DNA from: Bdellovibrionales bacterium
Lineage (GTDB): Bacteria; Bdellovibrionota; Bdellovibrionia; Bdellovibrionales; JAMPXM01
Length of the DNA: 64,000 nt
NCBI GenBank assembly: GCA_016713885.1
Contig: JADJOF010000002.1
Span: 89,723-153,722, forward strand
Direction: 5' to 3'
The notes under the pieces are model-generated. The model was not told the origin of the DNA, ran no database searches, and was given only the letters and a program-made list of their open reading frames with translations. How positions within the stretch are numbered: position 1 is the stretch's first letter; each line of letters begins with the position of its first letter. Of this stretch, positions 47,666 through 57,276 are shown one piece after another. The position numbers and the translations under genes were made by a program.

Positions 47666-47992
47666 CTACTTTTTCTTGGCGGCGCGGCGGGCTTTGCGAG
47701 CGTCTTTGGATGAGTCGGCGCAGGCTTTTGCTTCGTCGGCGGTGATGCCGGTAACGCCCTCGATGGTTTTGCCGTCGGCGAGGGGCTTAATGCAATCGAC
47801 CCAAAGGCCTTTGCCGGTCTCTTTGTGGGCGCCGGGTTTAAAGCCGGCGGCCTCACATGCGGCGCTGACTTTTGCGCACTCGGGTGAATTGCGGATGGCC
47901 TCGCCATCGCCTTTTGCCAAAGCTGAAGACGACGCGAAAGTGGTGAGTGATGAAACAAGGAAAAGGCTAAAACCAAGTGTGATTTTATTCAT
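47666..47992 (-). CDS. Small secreted Cys-containing protein with a Lys-rich tail
   Basis: GGAGG RBS followed by MNKITLGFSLFLVSSLTTFASSSALA. Four Cys. C-terminus KDARKARRAAKKK. Confidence 0.6.
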   Translation of the reverse strand: MNKITLGFSLFLVSSLTTFASSSALAKGDGEAIRNSPECAKVSAACEAAGFKPGAHKETGKGLWVDCIKPLADGKTIEGVTGITADEAKACADSSKDARKARRAAKKK

Positions 47993-48067
47993 AGAACCTC
48001 CATATGGGAAAAGCATGAGGGAGGTTCAGAGCAGCGGCAAGGGGAGTATAGGGCGAGTCGTGGGTAA

Positions 48068-48757
48068 CTACTTTAGATCGTCAAGAACGTGTTGGACTTC
48101 GTTCTTCTCATTCACAATCCAAACGTCGAGAACGGGGTCGGCATCGAGGTTTGCTGCGGCCACGGCCTTAAAGCTGGTTTTCGTCGCAGTACAGTCGGGG
48201 CAGTACGAAATCAGGCGATCAAAATCGACTGCACGAACTCCGGTCGCTGGACTGAGGCCGATGTGTTCGGCCCACTTGGGGTCGTCTTTCATAGAGTCCA
48301 CCAGACGAACGATGGTTCGTGTTTCGGGGTTCCATTCGGGTTTGAGGCGGGCTTCGGGAAATTTCGCGGGCGCAACGAAGCCGAAAGCGTAGAGCACTTT
48401 CTTTGGCAGAACTTTGAGGGCTGCGAGATCTGTTGTGTAAAATCCATTTTGCTCAAAGAAGCGTTTTTCAGCTTCCACGATCAATTGGAGATCTGCTGTT
48501 GCGACTTCTTGGATGGCGCGCATCTGTCGGGCTTTGGCCCAACGAGCTCCACCGCCGATGGCGGCGACGAGAATCAGGACAACCAGTGCGACAATGGCGG
48601 CACCAATGACGTGGATCGCGCGGCGGGCACGAGCCTCGGCTGCGGTTTCGCGCACGGCGGGCTCCGCTGCGAGGGGTGTGGAGGCGGCAGGCTCTGAAGT
48701 CGATGGCGTGTCTTGCATGGCTTTTCTTAGCATTGAGCGATGGGCGTTCGCAATCAT
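48068..48757 (-). CDS. Hypothetical single-pass membrane protein
   Basis: 229-aa ORF with TM segment IHVIGAAIVALVVLILVAAIGGG. No family recognised. Confidence 0.55.
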   Translation of the reverse strand: MIANAHRSMLRKAMQDTPSTSEPAASTPLAAEPAVRETAAEARARRAIHVIGAAIVALVVLILVAAIGGGARWAKARQMRAIQEVATADLQLIVEAEKRFFEQNGFYTTDLAALKVLPKKVLYAFGFVAPAKFPEARLKPEWNPETRTIVRLVDSMKDDPKWAEHIGLSPATGVRAVDFDRLISYCPDCTATKTSFKAVAAANLDADPVLDVWIVNEKNEVQHVLDDLK

Positions 48758-48836
48758 CGCGGGTTGGAATGACCGTGCTCGACAAAGGGCTGTGGCGCGC
48801 TAGCATGTGGGCGCTCTCAGGCGGTAAGCTATCGAT

Positions 48837-49970
48837 ATGACTGGGATGATTAAGCACGGATTGGTACTTTCTGGCGGCGGTGCCCGTGGCGCCTATCAGG
48901 CGGGTGTTTTACAGGGCGTCGCCGAGATCGCGACGGAGCTTGGGCTTGAGCAGCCATTTAAGATCATCACCGGAGTGAGTGCAGGCGCCGTGAATGCCTC
49001 ATATTTGGCGTCGTGTAGCGATGGCTTTCAGCAGGCCACGGACAAACTGGTTGAGAGCTGGTCGAAGATCAAAGCCGAAGATGTTTTTAAAACAGATGCG
49101 GTGACAGCGGGTCGCTTGGGCTTCAAGTTCGCCCTCGATGCGGCCATCGGTGCGATGTATAAAAAGAAGCTCGCTCGTTCGCTCCTCGATACCTCGCCAT
49201 TGAAGGACTACCTTGAGGGCAACACCGACTTTTCTGCCATCGAGAAAAACCTGGCGAGTGGTCACATTGACGCCTTGGCGATCACCGCGATGAACTACAC
49301 CAATTCACACTCGCTCACGTTTGTTCAGAGCTTGAAAGAAGTGAAGATGTGGGATCGCTCGCGGCGAAAGAGCGTTGTGTCGAAAATCGGAGTCGAACAC
49401 GTCATGGCGTCAGGGGCTATTCCACTATTTTTTCCTCCGGTTCGAATCGATGAGGATCACTATGGGGACGGATGTCTGCGCAATACAGCTCCGCTCAGCC
49501 CTGCGATTCATCTTGGCGCGAATCGCTTGCTGGTTGTTGGTGTGCGCCGTCCCGATCATTTGGCGCCAACGGTTCAAGCCCACATCGAGCCTTCGCTTGC
49601 GCGTGTTTTGGGAGTCGTGCTCAACGCGCTTTTGATGGATGCCATCGAGTTTGACATGGAGCGCCTAGGGCGAATCAATCAAACTGTTGAGATGATTCCG
49701 TTTGAAATGCGCCAGCATTTGCAGCTTAGGAAAATTGAGTATCTTTGGATTAGGCCAAGTCAGGATATTGGTCAGATTGCGAGTCGGCTCTTTGATCGCT
49801 TGCCGCGAGTGCTGCGCTACTTGGTGTCGGGCCTTGGTTCGCAAAAAGAGGCGTCGGAGCTGACAAGCTACCTCTTGTTTGATCCTGAGTTTTGTTCCGA
49901 GATCGCTCGACTGGGTCGTGCTGATGCCGTTGCCCAGCACGACGAGATTGAGCGCTTCCTTAGGGTATAA
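48837..49970 (+). CDS. Patatin-like phospholipase
   Basis: GLVLSGGGARGAYQAGVL is the oxyanion hole. GVSAGAVNA is G-x-S-x-G. YGDGCL carries the DG of the catalytic dyad. Confidence 0.85.
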   Translation: MTGMIKHGLVLSGGGARGAYQAGVLQGVAEIATELGLEQPFKIITGVSAGAVNASYLASCSDGFQQATDKLVESWSKIKAEDVFKTDAVTAGRLGFKFALDAAIGAMYKKKLARSLLDTSPLKDYLEGNTDFSAIEKNLASGHIDALAITAMNYTNSHSLTFVQSLKEVKMWDRSRRKSVVSKIGVEHVMASGAIPLFFPPVRIDEDHYGDGCLRNTAPLSPAIHLGANRLLVVGVRRPDHLAPTVQAHIEPSLARVLGVVLNALLMDAIEFDMERLGRINQTVEMIPFEMRQHLQLRKIEYLWIRPSQDIGQIASRLFDRLPRVLRYLVSGLGSQKEASELTSYLLFDPEFCSEIARLGRADAVAQHDEIERFLRV

Positions 49971-51318
49971 AGCCGCGATTCTTCATACAGGTCTCAAGGC
50001 CTGCGAGGCCCGCTGCGGCCAAGCAGGTATCAAAGTTTGCTTGGGTTACTCCTGTCGGCAGCATTCCCGATCCATCTAAACAGGTGGCAATACCCGTCGG
50101 AGTTGCCAAGCGATGGCACAGTTCAAAATTGTCCTGTGTGGGCTTCGCGATCAAAAGATTTTTCGTCACGAGGCACTTCGCGACCGTCGTAAGATTTCCT
50201 TTTGCCACACAGTCGTCAATGTCCGCCTGCGTGATCATTGTTCCCATCGGTGAGTTGAGGGCAGCGCCATTGGTGAGAAGGCCGTTGGCGGTGAGGCATG
50301 TGACCGTGTTCGGAGTTCCTGCAGTGAGAGCACAAGCCGAAATCGATCCTTGCATGATCTTCTTTTCAAGGAAGCCATTGGTGCGCAGGCATTTTGCAAT
50401 TCCAGATGGGCCAGCGTTGGTGTTGCACGTGTTGATCTGTGTTTGCAACGTATCGACCGGCAAAAGTTTATCGTAGAGGAAGCCATTTGCATCCAAACAA
50501 GCCGCGACGGAGCCAACTCCAACGGCACTGATGCAGCGGTTAATCTGTCCTTGCGCAAGAAGCCTCGGCACAAAACGATTTGTGCGTAGGCATTTGGCCG
50601 TGGCCGTAGGAGCGGCCATTTGGCATTGCGCAATGTTGGCCTCGGTGAGCGCTGCAGGTGCGAGTTCTTTGCCGATCAGGCAGTTCAGCAGATTGATGTC
50701 TGAGATCGGATTGCCGTACACCTTCTTACAGAGGGCGATGTCGGGATTGGCGACTGTGCCGAAGCGTTTCAGAAGAGCCTTTTTCCGAAGGCAGATTTCC
50801 ACCGAGCCGAGGCCGACTTTACCGATGCAATCTTCAATTCCCGCCTGATCGACTCCAGCGGGTAAGATTCCATTTTTTGAAAGGCAGTTCGTAATTTTTC
50901 CGGTACCGACGGCCGAAGCGCAGTTCTCGAAGTCGCGCTGCATAGGTTCGCGATAGTTGGCGATGATGAACCCGGACTGGGTCAAACAGGCGGCGAGATC
51001 AAGATCGCCGGAGCCTGCATTGAAACAGTTGTCGAATGTCGACTTTGAGAGTTTGCCTTTGACTGGACTTTTACTTTCAAGACACAGGGCAAGAGTGGAC
51101 TCAGAATTTGTCCGACACAGTTTGAACTCTTCGTAGCTCAGACCTGGTTTAGAGTCTTGAGGCGCAGTTCCGGCCGCTGATATTGCAGAATTGAGCCTGG
51201 CGGAATCGACTGAAAAGCCTTCGCCGCAGTTTTGGAAGAGGAGTGCGAGTACTGCAAAACTAAAGAGAAATAAGAAAACTTTGACGGCTGGTTTAGAACC
51301 GCGTTTCTGGCTGCTCAT
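49960..51318 (-). CDS. Lipoprotein built from about 12 tandem paired-Cys repeats (C-x12-13-CL-x3-G-hydrophobic-L)
   Basis: Start at MSSQKRGSKPAVKVFLFLFSFAVLALLFQNCG. Repeats of about 30-38 aa, for example TQANFDTCLAAAGLAGLETCMKNRGFIP, TQDNFELCHRLATPTGIATCLDGSGMLPTGV, QTQINTCNTNAGPSGIAKCLRTNGFLEKKI and DQAGIEDCIGKVGLGSVEICLRKKALLKRF. Confidence 0.7.
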   Translation of the reverse strand: MSSQKRGSKPAVKVFLFLFSFAVLALLFQNCGEGFSVDSARLNSAISAAGTAPQDSKPGLSYEEFKLCRTNSESTLALCLESKSPVKGKLSKSTFDNCFNAGSGDLDLAACLTQSGFIIANYREPMQRDFENCASAVGTGKITNCLSKNGILPAGVDQAGIEDCIGKVGLGSVEICLRKKALLKRFGTVANPDIALCKKVYGNPISDINLLNCLIGKELAPAALTEANIAQCQMAAPTATAKCLRTNRFVPRLLAQGQINRCISAVGVGSVAACLDANGFLYDKLLPVDTLQTQINTCNTNAGPSGIAKCLRTNGFLEKKIMQGSISACALTAGTPNTVTCLTANGLLTNGAALNSPMGTMITQADIDDCVAKGNLTTVAKCLVTKNLLIAKPTQDNFELCHRLATPTGIATCLDGSGMLPTGVTQANFDTCLAAAGLAGLETCMKNRGFIP

Positions 51319-51497
51319 TATGTGTGATCCCCCACTGAATAACGAACTCGCGAACAGTAACGAAGGCACGGTTAGAATGAGACATCTTGGCAGAATATGG
51401 AAGAGGCCCGATCAATATGAGACGAAAGACGGACTCCTCTCAAATTGAGACGCTGGTAGAGCTGGCCCACACGAATGTGGGCCAGTTGGGGAAGTGA

Positions 51498-54438
51498 CTA
51501 CGACTGGTAAGATTCCAGCGGAGCACACGAGCAGACCAGGTTGCGGTCACCGTGGGCGTTATTCACGCGTCCGACGGCGGGCCAGAACTTGCGTTCGCGA
51601 ACCCAGGGAAGTGGAAAAGCAGCTGTTTCTCGCGAATAGCTGCGATTCCACTCGGTCGCTGTGACGACATTCACCGTGTGCGGTGCGTGCTTGAGCGGAT
51701 TCATGTCCTTGTCGACCTTTCCGGACTCGACGTCGTTGATCTCAGATTTAATTGCAATCATGGCGTCGCAGAAGCGATCGAGCTCCTCTTTGGACTCGCT
51801 TTCAGTCGGTTCGACCATGAGAGTGCCGACGACGGGCCAAGACATCGTTGGTGCGTGAAAGCCATAATCCATCAAGCGTTTGGCGACGTCTTCGACGAGT
51901 ACGGTTTTCATTGCGCGCAAATCGAGAATGCACTCATGTGCGACGCGACCATTTTTTCCCGTGTAGAGGATCGGATAGTGCTCCTTCAGGCGACTGGCAA
52001 TGTAGTTTGCATTGAGAATCGCCATCTGTGTCGAGCGCTTCAAACCTTCGCGTCCCATCATGGCAATATAGGCCCACGAGATCGGTAGAATCGATGCGCT
52101 GCCGAGCGGTGCACTCGCAACAGCTGACGAGTCGTGACGAAGGCCGAGCAGTGGATCGGCACCGTTATGTCCCGGCAGATACGGTTTAAGATGCTCGCGG
52201 ACGCCGATGGGGCCAACTCCTGGGCCACCACCGCCGTGTGGGATACAGAATGTTTTGTGCAGATTGAGGTGACAAACATCGGGGCCGAAGTCGCCTGGGC
52301 GACAGAGTCCGACAAGCGCGTTGAAGTTTGCGCCATCCATGTAGACTTGGCCGCCGCGATCGTGAATGAGTTTGCAAATATCTTGAATCGCTTCTTCAAA
52401 CACACCGTGTGTCGATGGATATGTGATCATCAGTGCGGCAAGGTTCGCTGCGTGCAGTTCGGCCTTTGCGCGCAGATCCGCCACATCGACATTGCCGTTG
52501 CTATCGCAGGGCGACAACAACCACTTTCATGCCGGCCATGGTGGCGCTGGCGGGATTTGTACCGTGAGCCGACGAAGGAATCAGACAGACTTTGCGATGC
52601 CCCTCGCCGCGTGAGCGGTGATAGTCGCGGATCGTTAAGAGACCGGCGTACTCACCCGCTGAGCCTGCGTTGGGCTGCAGGCTGACTCCGGCAAAACCGG
52701 TGATTTCGCAGAGCCAACCCTCGAGTTCACGCGCGAACTGCATGTAGCCGCGGGCTTGATCGCCTGGAGAAAAAGGATGGAGTTGTCCCATCTCGGGCCA
52801 AGTGATGGGCATCATTTCGGCCGTCGCATTGAGCTTCATCGTGCACGAGCCAAGAGGAATCATCGAGTGTGCAAGCGAGAGGTCCTTCTGTTGAAGGCGC
52901 GTGAGGTAGCGCAGCATCTCGGTTTCAGAATGGTAGGTGTTAAAGACCTTTTGCTGCAGATACAGGTCGGCTCGCTCAAAGGAAGCGTGTCGTGTCTCGG
53001 GCGCTGCCGCCTCGAGATCTTCAAAGCGCATGCTTTGACCAGTGAAAAGGCGGAGCAGAGTTTCGACATCAGTTCGCGTACTGACCTCGTCGAAAGACAC
53101 ACCGAGCGCGGTGATCTGCGGGTCGTGCGCGGTGGATTGCTCTGTGTAGTAGCGAAGATTGATGCGTTCTTTGCGAGCGGCCTCAAGAACAAGCCGGGCT
53201 TTATTTGAATCGCTGTAGGTGACGACAACGGTATCAAAGCTTGGCGGCGCTTCGACCTTCGTGTGTCCCTTTACTCAGGCCGTAGGCAAAACCGATGCCA
53301 GTCGCGACACGCGTTGAGCAATACGCTTCAAGCCCTCTGGTCCATGGTAGACGGCGTACATCGAAGCGGTGACGGCGAGAAGCACTTGAGCGGTACAGAT
53401 ATTCGATGTCGCTTTCTCGCGACGGATATGTTGCTCGCGAGTTTGCAGGGCAAGGCGAAGCGCAGGTTTGCCTTCGCTATCGATGGAGACACCGACAAGG
53501 CGTCCAGGGATTGAGCGTTTAAACTCCTCTTTGGTTGCAAGGAAGGCCGCGTGAGGGCCGCCGTAGCCGATTGGCACACCAAAGCGTTGAGTTGAGCCAA
53601 CGCAAATATCAGCTCCCCACTGTCCCGGTGCCTGTAGGACGGTGAGTGCAAGAGGGTCCGCAGCAACGACGACCAGGTTTTTAGCGGCGTGTGCGTTGGC
53701 GGTGAAGGCCTTGAGTGCGTCGACAGAGCTTGGAATTTGTCCGCGGGTGTCGGGGTATTGAATGAGGCAGCCAAAAGTCTCTGCAGAGAATGCAAACGAC
53801 TCGGGCTTGCCGACAACGACTTTAATGCCAAGCGGATCGGCGCGACGAGTGAGAACCTCGATCGTTTGTGGGTGACAGCTTTCGGCGACAAAGAACGTGT
53901 GCGCACCGCTGCCGTCGGCTTTGACGTTGTCACTGACGTGATAGGCCATCGTCATCGCTTCCGCTGCCGCCGTGCCCTCGTCGAGCAGCGAGGCATTGGC
54001 GATCGGCATCGCCGTGAGCTCCATCATCATGGTCTGAAAGTTGAGAATGGCCTCAAGGCGACCTTGTGAAATCTCGGCCTGATAAGGAGTGTAGGCCGTG
54101 TACCAACCCGGATTTTCCAGTACGTTTCGCAGAATCACCGGCGGCGTCATGGTGCCGTAGTAGCCTTGGCCGAGAAAATTTTTGAAGATCTGATTTTGTG
54201 CGGCGATCTCTCGAGCGCGGGCGAGAGTTGCGCCTTCCGTCTGTCCCTCTTGAAGGTCCAAGCTCTTCTTCATGCGAATGCCGGCGGGGATGGTTTGGTC
54301 AATCAGCTGGTCGAGCGACTGTGCACCAACGGTTTTCAGCATCGCAGGCAGATCCGCGTCGCGCGGACCAATGTGACGAGCCGTGAATTCAGAGAGATTC
54401 TCAAGACTAGAAAAGTTCGTTTTTTTCATGCGAGCCAC
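51498..54438 (-). pseudogene. gcvP: Glycine dehydrogenase (decarboxylating), single-chain P protein, interrupted by an in-frame TGA and a +1 frameshift
   Basis: Three ORFs tile the gene. 53275..54438: FTARHIGP...[19 protein letters not shown]...[12 protein letters not shown]. 52501..53100: [10 protein letters not shown]...[13 protein letters not shown]...[11 protein letters not shown]. 51498..52520: [12 protein letters not shown]...[12 protein letters not shown]...[16 protein letters not shown]. The first two share a frame across TGA 53275-53277. The last two differ by one nt at GGG 52509-52511. Total length 2941 nt is 3n+1. Confidence 0.9.
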
Positions 54439-54477
54439 GCTAGCACGTGGCTGTTAATAGGTCACGAAGGTGAAGGT

Positions 54478-55005
54478 CTAACGCTTCAGCTTTGTGTCCT
54501 TTGGGCGCGAGGAGTCGTAAATGGAAAAATCAAAATTCGAGTCCGTCACCGTATCGTCGTCTGGGACCGTTACTTTCTTTGTGTTGGTGGTGTCGGAGAA
54601 CTCCGTTGAGTTCAGCGCCTCTTGAGCTTGCGCCGGAAGTGATTTGCGGACGATCTCGTTGGTTGCTCGCAGGCGCTCGACGAGCGCGCGCATAACAGAG
54701 ACGGCCCAGTCCGGGAGCTCTTCAATGAGCTGCTCATAGGCTTCGGCGCTTACTTTTGCGGCAGTAACGGCGGTGAGAGCGCGGGCGCTTGCCGATCGAG
54801 GTTGTTGATCGAGCATGGCAAATTCTCCTAGAGAATTGCCGGGCCCCATCGTCGCCAGAACGATCGGTTTACCTTCGTCGCCTCGTTTGAAAACCTCCAC
54901 TTCGCCTTCTTGGATAATGAAGAAGTGAAAGCTCTTCTCATTCTCTTGAAAGAGAAGAGTTCCGGGCTCAAAGATAACCTGCTCAATTTGAGTGGAGTCG
55001 TTCAT
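54478..55005 (-). CDS. Cyclic nucleotide-binding domain protein
   Basis: FEPGTLLFQENEKSFHFFIIQEGEVEVFK...GPGNSLGEFAMLDQQPRSASARAL is a cNMP-binding beta-barrel with the RSA motif. It ends 39 nt upstream of gcvP on the same strand. Confidence 0.8.
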   Translation of the reverse strand: MNDSTQIEQVIFEPGTLLFQENEKSFHFFIIQEGEVEVFKRGDEGKPIVLATMGPGNSLGEFAMLDQQPRSASARALTAVTAAKVSAEAYEQLIEELPDWAVSVMRALVERLRATNEIVRKSLPAQAQEALNSTEFSDTTNTKKVTVPDDDTVTDSNFDFSIYDSSRPKDTKLKR

Positions 55006-55108
55006 GGCTTAAATTCTGAGTCACAGAAATCGGATCAGCAAGCCGAACGGGAGGAGGGGCTGGGTCCGACATGTCGCACTGCGCCGTGCCGGACCTCGAG
55101 GCCGATGC

Positions 55109-55429
55109 TCACTTGGCTTTACGAGTGGCTTTCTTGCGAGCTGGCGACTTGGCCTTCGCTGCCTTGCGGGGTTTTGCTTTCGTTGCCGACTTCTTTGCGG
55201 CTTTTTTTACCAAGCCACGAAGCTTCGTCACTTCGGACTCAACCTGGCTGCGCAGTTTCATGACGCGCGAACGCACTTGCTTCACCGTTTTTTCAACGTG
55301 AGCGACCTCTGTTTCACCGCGTTTTTTTAATTCCTGGGCCAAACGATTTACTTCTGCCTTCAGGTGTTTAACATCGGCAAGGCGAGCCATTTTATCGAGT
55401 TCGATACGGATGTTTGCGAATTGTGCCAT
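55109..55429 (-). CDS. Coiled-coil protein with a histone H1-like Lys/Ala-rich C-terminal tail
   Basis: 106 aa. Heptad-like N-terminal two thirds. Tail KKAAKKSATKAKPRKAAKAKSPARKKATRKAK. Confidence 0.6.
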   Translation of the reverse strand: MAQFANIRIELDKMARLADVKHLKAEVNRLAQELKKRGETEVAHVEKTVKQVRSRVMKLRSQVESEVTKLRGLVKKAAKKSATKAKPRKAAKAKSPARKKATRKAK

Positions 55430-55520
55430 CGTGTTTCTCCTCGGAAGAGAGTAGTTGAGACCGAGTTTGTGGTAGCACTCGCGAGCCTCCAGGTCGAGGA
55501 AAAAGCAGGAGAGAGAAAAT

Positions 55521-56597
55521 ATGAGAACGCTTCCCGTTCGCTGCAGCCTGATGGGACTTTTCGGGTTGAGTCTGCTGTTTGCGGGGCCGACGGCGGCGGG
55601 CGCTGATGTGATGGAGTGTTCCGAGCAAGTGGCGATGGGTACGCCGTTTAAAATCTGCTTAGTGGCTCGTCAGGAGCAAGTGCTCAATGTCACTTTTGAT
55701 TTCAAGGCCGCTTTTAAAGAGATCGATCGAATCAATCAGTGGATGAGTGATTGGTTGCCTGATTCTGAACTTTCGCGAGTCAATCGCGCGGCAGGAGCAC
55801 AGGCGGTTCCGGTTTCAAAAGAGCTGCTGACAGCCGTGCGCGAGACGCTGGCTATTTCCAAGGCGAGTGAGGGCGCGCTCGATCCGACGTTTAATGTTTT
55901 TTTTGGACTCTATCGATTTCGAGCGGGTGAAGAGCGCGAGCCATCGGAAGCAGAGATTGCCGAGCGGCTTCCGCTGATTGACTGGAAGAGTGTGGTTCTT
56001 GACGAGGCGAAGGGAACTCTTTTTCTTAAAAAGCCGGGTATGAAGCTTGGATTGGGTGCAGTTGGCCAGAGCTACGCGGCTGACCGAGTTGCCGAGATGT
56101 TAAAGGCTCGTGGCTATCGCGGCGGCTATGTTGACGGCAGTGGCGATACGGTGTTTTGGGGGACTAAGCCCGATGGGGCGAAGTGGACGACGGCGATTCG
56201 GGATCCGCGTGACAAGAGTAAAGTGATTCTCAGAATATACGGAACTGATTTTGCCATTACGACCTGCGGTGACGATGAGAAGTTCTTTATAAAAGACGGT
56301 CGCCGTGTACACCACGTGATCAATCCTAAGACGGGGCGTCCGGCGGGGCTCAGTCATCAGGTGACAGTGATTGCAAAACGCGGATTTGATGCTGACGCGT
56401 GGGATACCGCCGCGTTTGTAATGGGGCCCGGAAAAGCGAAAGCGGTTTTAGAGAGCCAGGGGCTTCGGGCGGTGATGGTTGGGATTGATGGCACTGTCAC
56501 TCTCACGAAAGGGCTGACTCAGCAGCAAACGTCCTGGGGCGAAGGCTACACGGTCGATGAGCCACAAGCGGAAGGTAAAAAAGAGGTCAAGAAGTGA
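55521..56597 (+). CDS. apbE: FAD:protein FMN transferase (ApbE family)
   Basis: Signal peptide. MGTPFKI..., DPTFN, LGAVGQSYAADRVAEML, GGYVDGSGD, AITTCGDDEKFF...HHVINPKTGRP are ApbE motifs. Confidence 0.85.
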   Translation: MRTLPVRCSLMGLFGLSLLFAGPTAAGADVMECSEQVAMGTPFKICLVARQEQVLNVTFDFKAAFKEIDRINQWMSDWLPDSELSRVNRAAGAQAVPVSKELLTAVRETLAISKASEGALDPTFNVFFGLYRFRAGEEREPSEAEIAERLPLIDWKSVVLDEAKGTLFLKKPGMKLGLGAVGQSYAADRVAEMLKARGYRGGYVDGSGDTVFWGTKPDGAKWTTAIRDPRDKSKVILRIYGTDFAITTCGDDEKFFIKDGRRVHHVINPKTGRPAGLSHQVTVIAKRGFDADAWDTAAFVMGPGKAKAVLESQGLRAVMVGIDGTVTLTKGLTQQQTSWGEGYTVDEPQAEGKKEVKK

Positions 56598-57251
56598 CGG
56601 CGAATCGCATTTTGAATTTGCTCGGCCAAGAGGATCGTTCGTTTCTTGAGGCGCGGTCGATGCGTCATGCGGTCGCGGCCGGTCACGTGCTTTTTCGCGA
56701 GGGTGACGTCTGTGCGAACTTTGTTTTGGTTTTGAGTGGTTCGATACGCGTGCAGAAGGTCTCAGAGACCGGTCGACAAATTGTGCTCTATCACGTTGGT
56801 GATTCTGATATTTGTGCGCTGACGACGACGGGCTTGATCGGTCACTCGCTCTATCAAGCTGAAGGCATTGCAGACACTCCCGTTGAAATGCTCTTGCTTC
56901 CCGACAAGGCCTTCACCGAGATGCTGGATCGTTCGCCGGTTTTTCGTGAGTCGGTCTTCGCCTCTCTTGCCAGCCGAATCACTTCACTCATTGTCAAAAT
57001 CGACGAGGTGACGTTCACCAAAATGGCGGTGCGCCTGGCGCGAGCCTTGTCCGAGGCCGAAAAGCGCCAGGGGGGGGCGAATTCTCGAGATGAGCCATCA
57101 GGATCTCGCCGACGAGCTTGGCACGGCCCGAGAGGTCGTAAGTCGGCAGCTCAGTGAGTTTCAGCGCCGAGGCTGGATTCGCGTCGATCGACGAAGCCTT
57201 GAGGTTCTGGTTCCTGATTTGGTGACCGTCGTCGACCAAGAAAAAGCTTAA
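56594..57251 (+). pseudogene. Crp/Fnr family transcriptional regulator, frameshifted at a G8 tract
   Basis: The N-terminal cNMP-like domain is intact (GHVLFREGDVCANFVLVLSGSIRVQK...). After the G8 run (57070-57077) the ORF turns Arg/Gly-rich, while the adjacent frame reads RILEMSHQDLADELGTAREVVSRQLSEFQRRGWIRVDRRSLEVL... (the HTH), stopping at 57249-57251. Length 658 nt is 3n+1. Confidence 0.8.
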
Positions 57252-57263
57252 TTTCAGCGTTTG

Positions 57264-57276
57264 GTGACAATGTCAC
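57264..57276. promoter_or_regulatory. Perfect 6-1-6 palindrome GTGACA-a-TGTCAC, candidate Crp/Fnr-family operator
   Basis: Lies in the 76-nt spacer between the Crp/Fnr-family gene and the DUF2892 gene. The half-sites resemble the TGTGA/TCACA class. Confidence 0.35.

Noticed and set aside
47536-48392. Track ORFs 47536..47976 (-) and 47676..48392 (+)
   Set aside because: They are Ala/Pro/Arg/Ser-rich, lack start context, and overlap two better-supported genes that have RBS and signal or TM features (47666..47992 and 48068..48757).
53275-53277. In-frame TGA in gcvP as evidence for an alternative genetic code (TGA as Trp or Gly) or selenocysteine
   Set aside because: TGA clearly terminates other well-sized genes here, such as gcvT and pirin, at the expected lengths. 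GcvP is not a known selenoprotein, and I saw no SECIS-like hairpin downstream. A nonsense mutation or base error is more likely.
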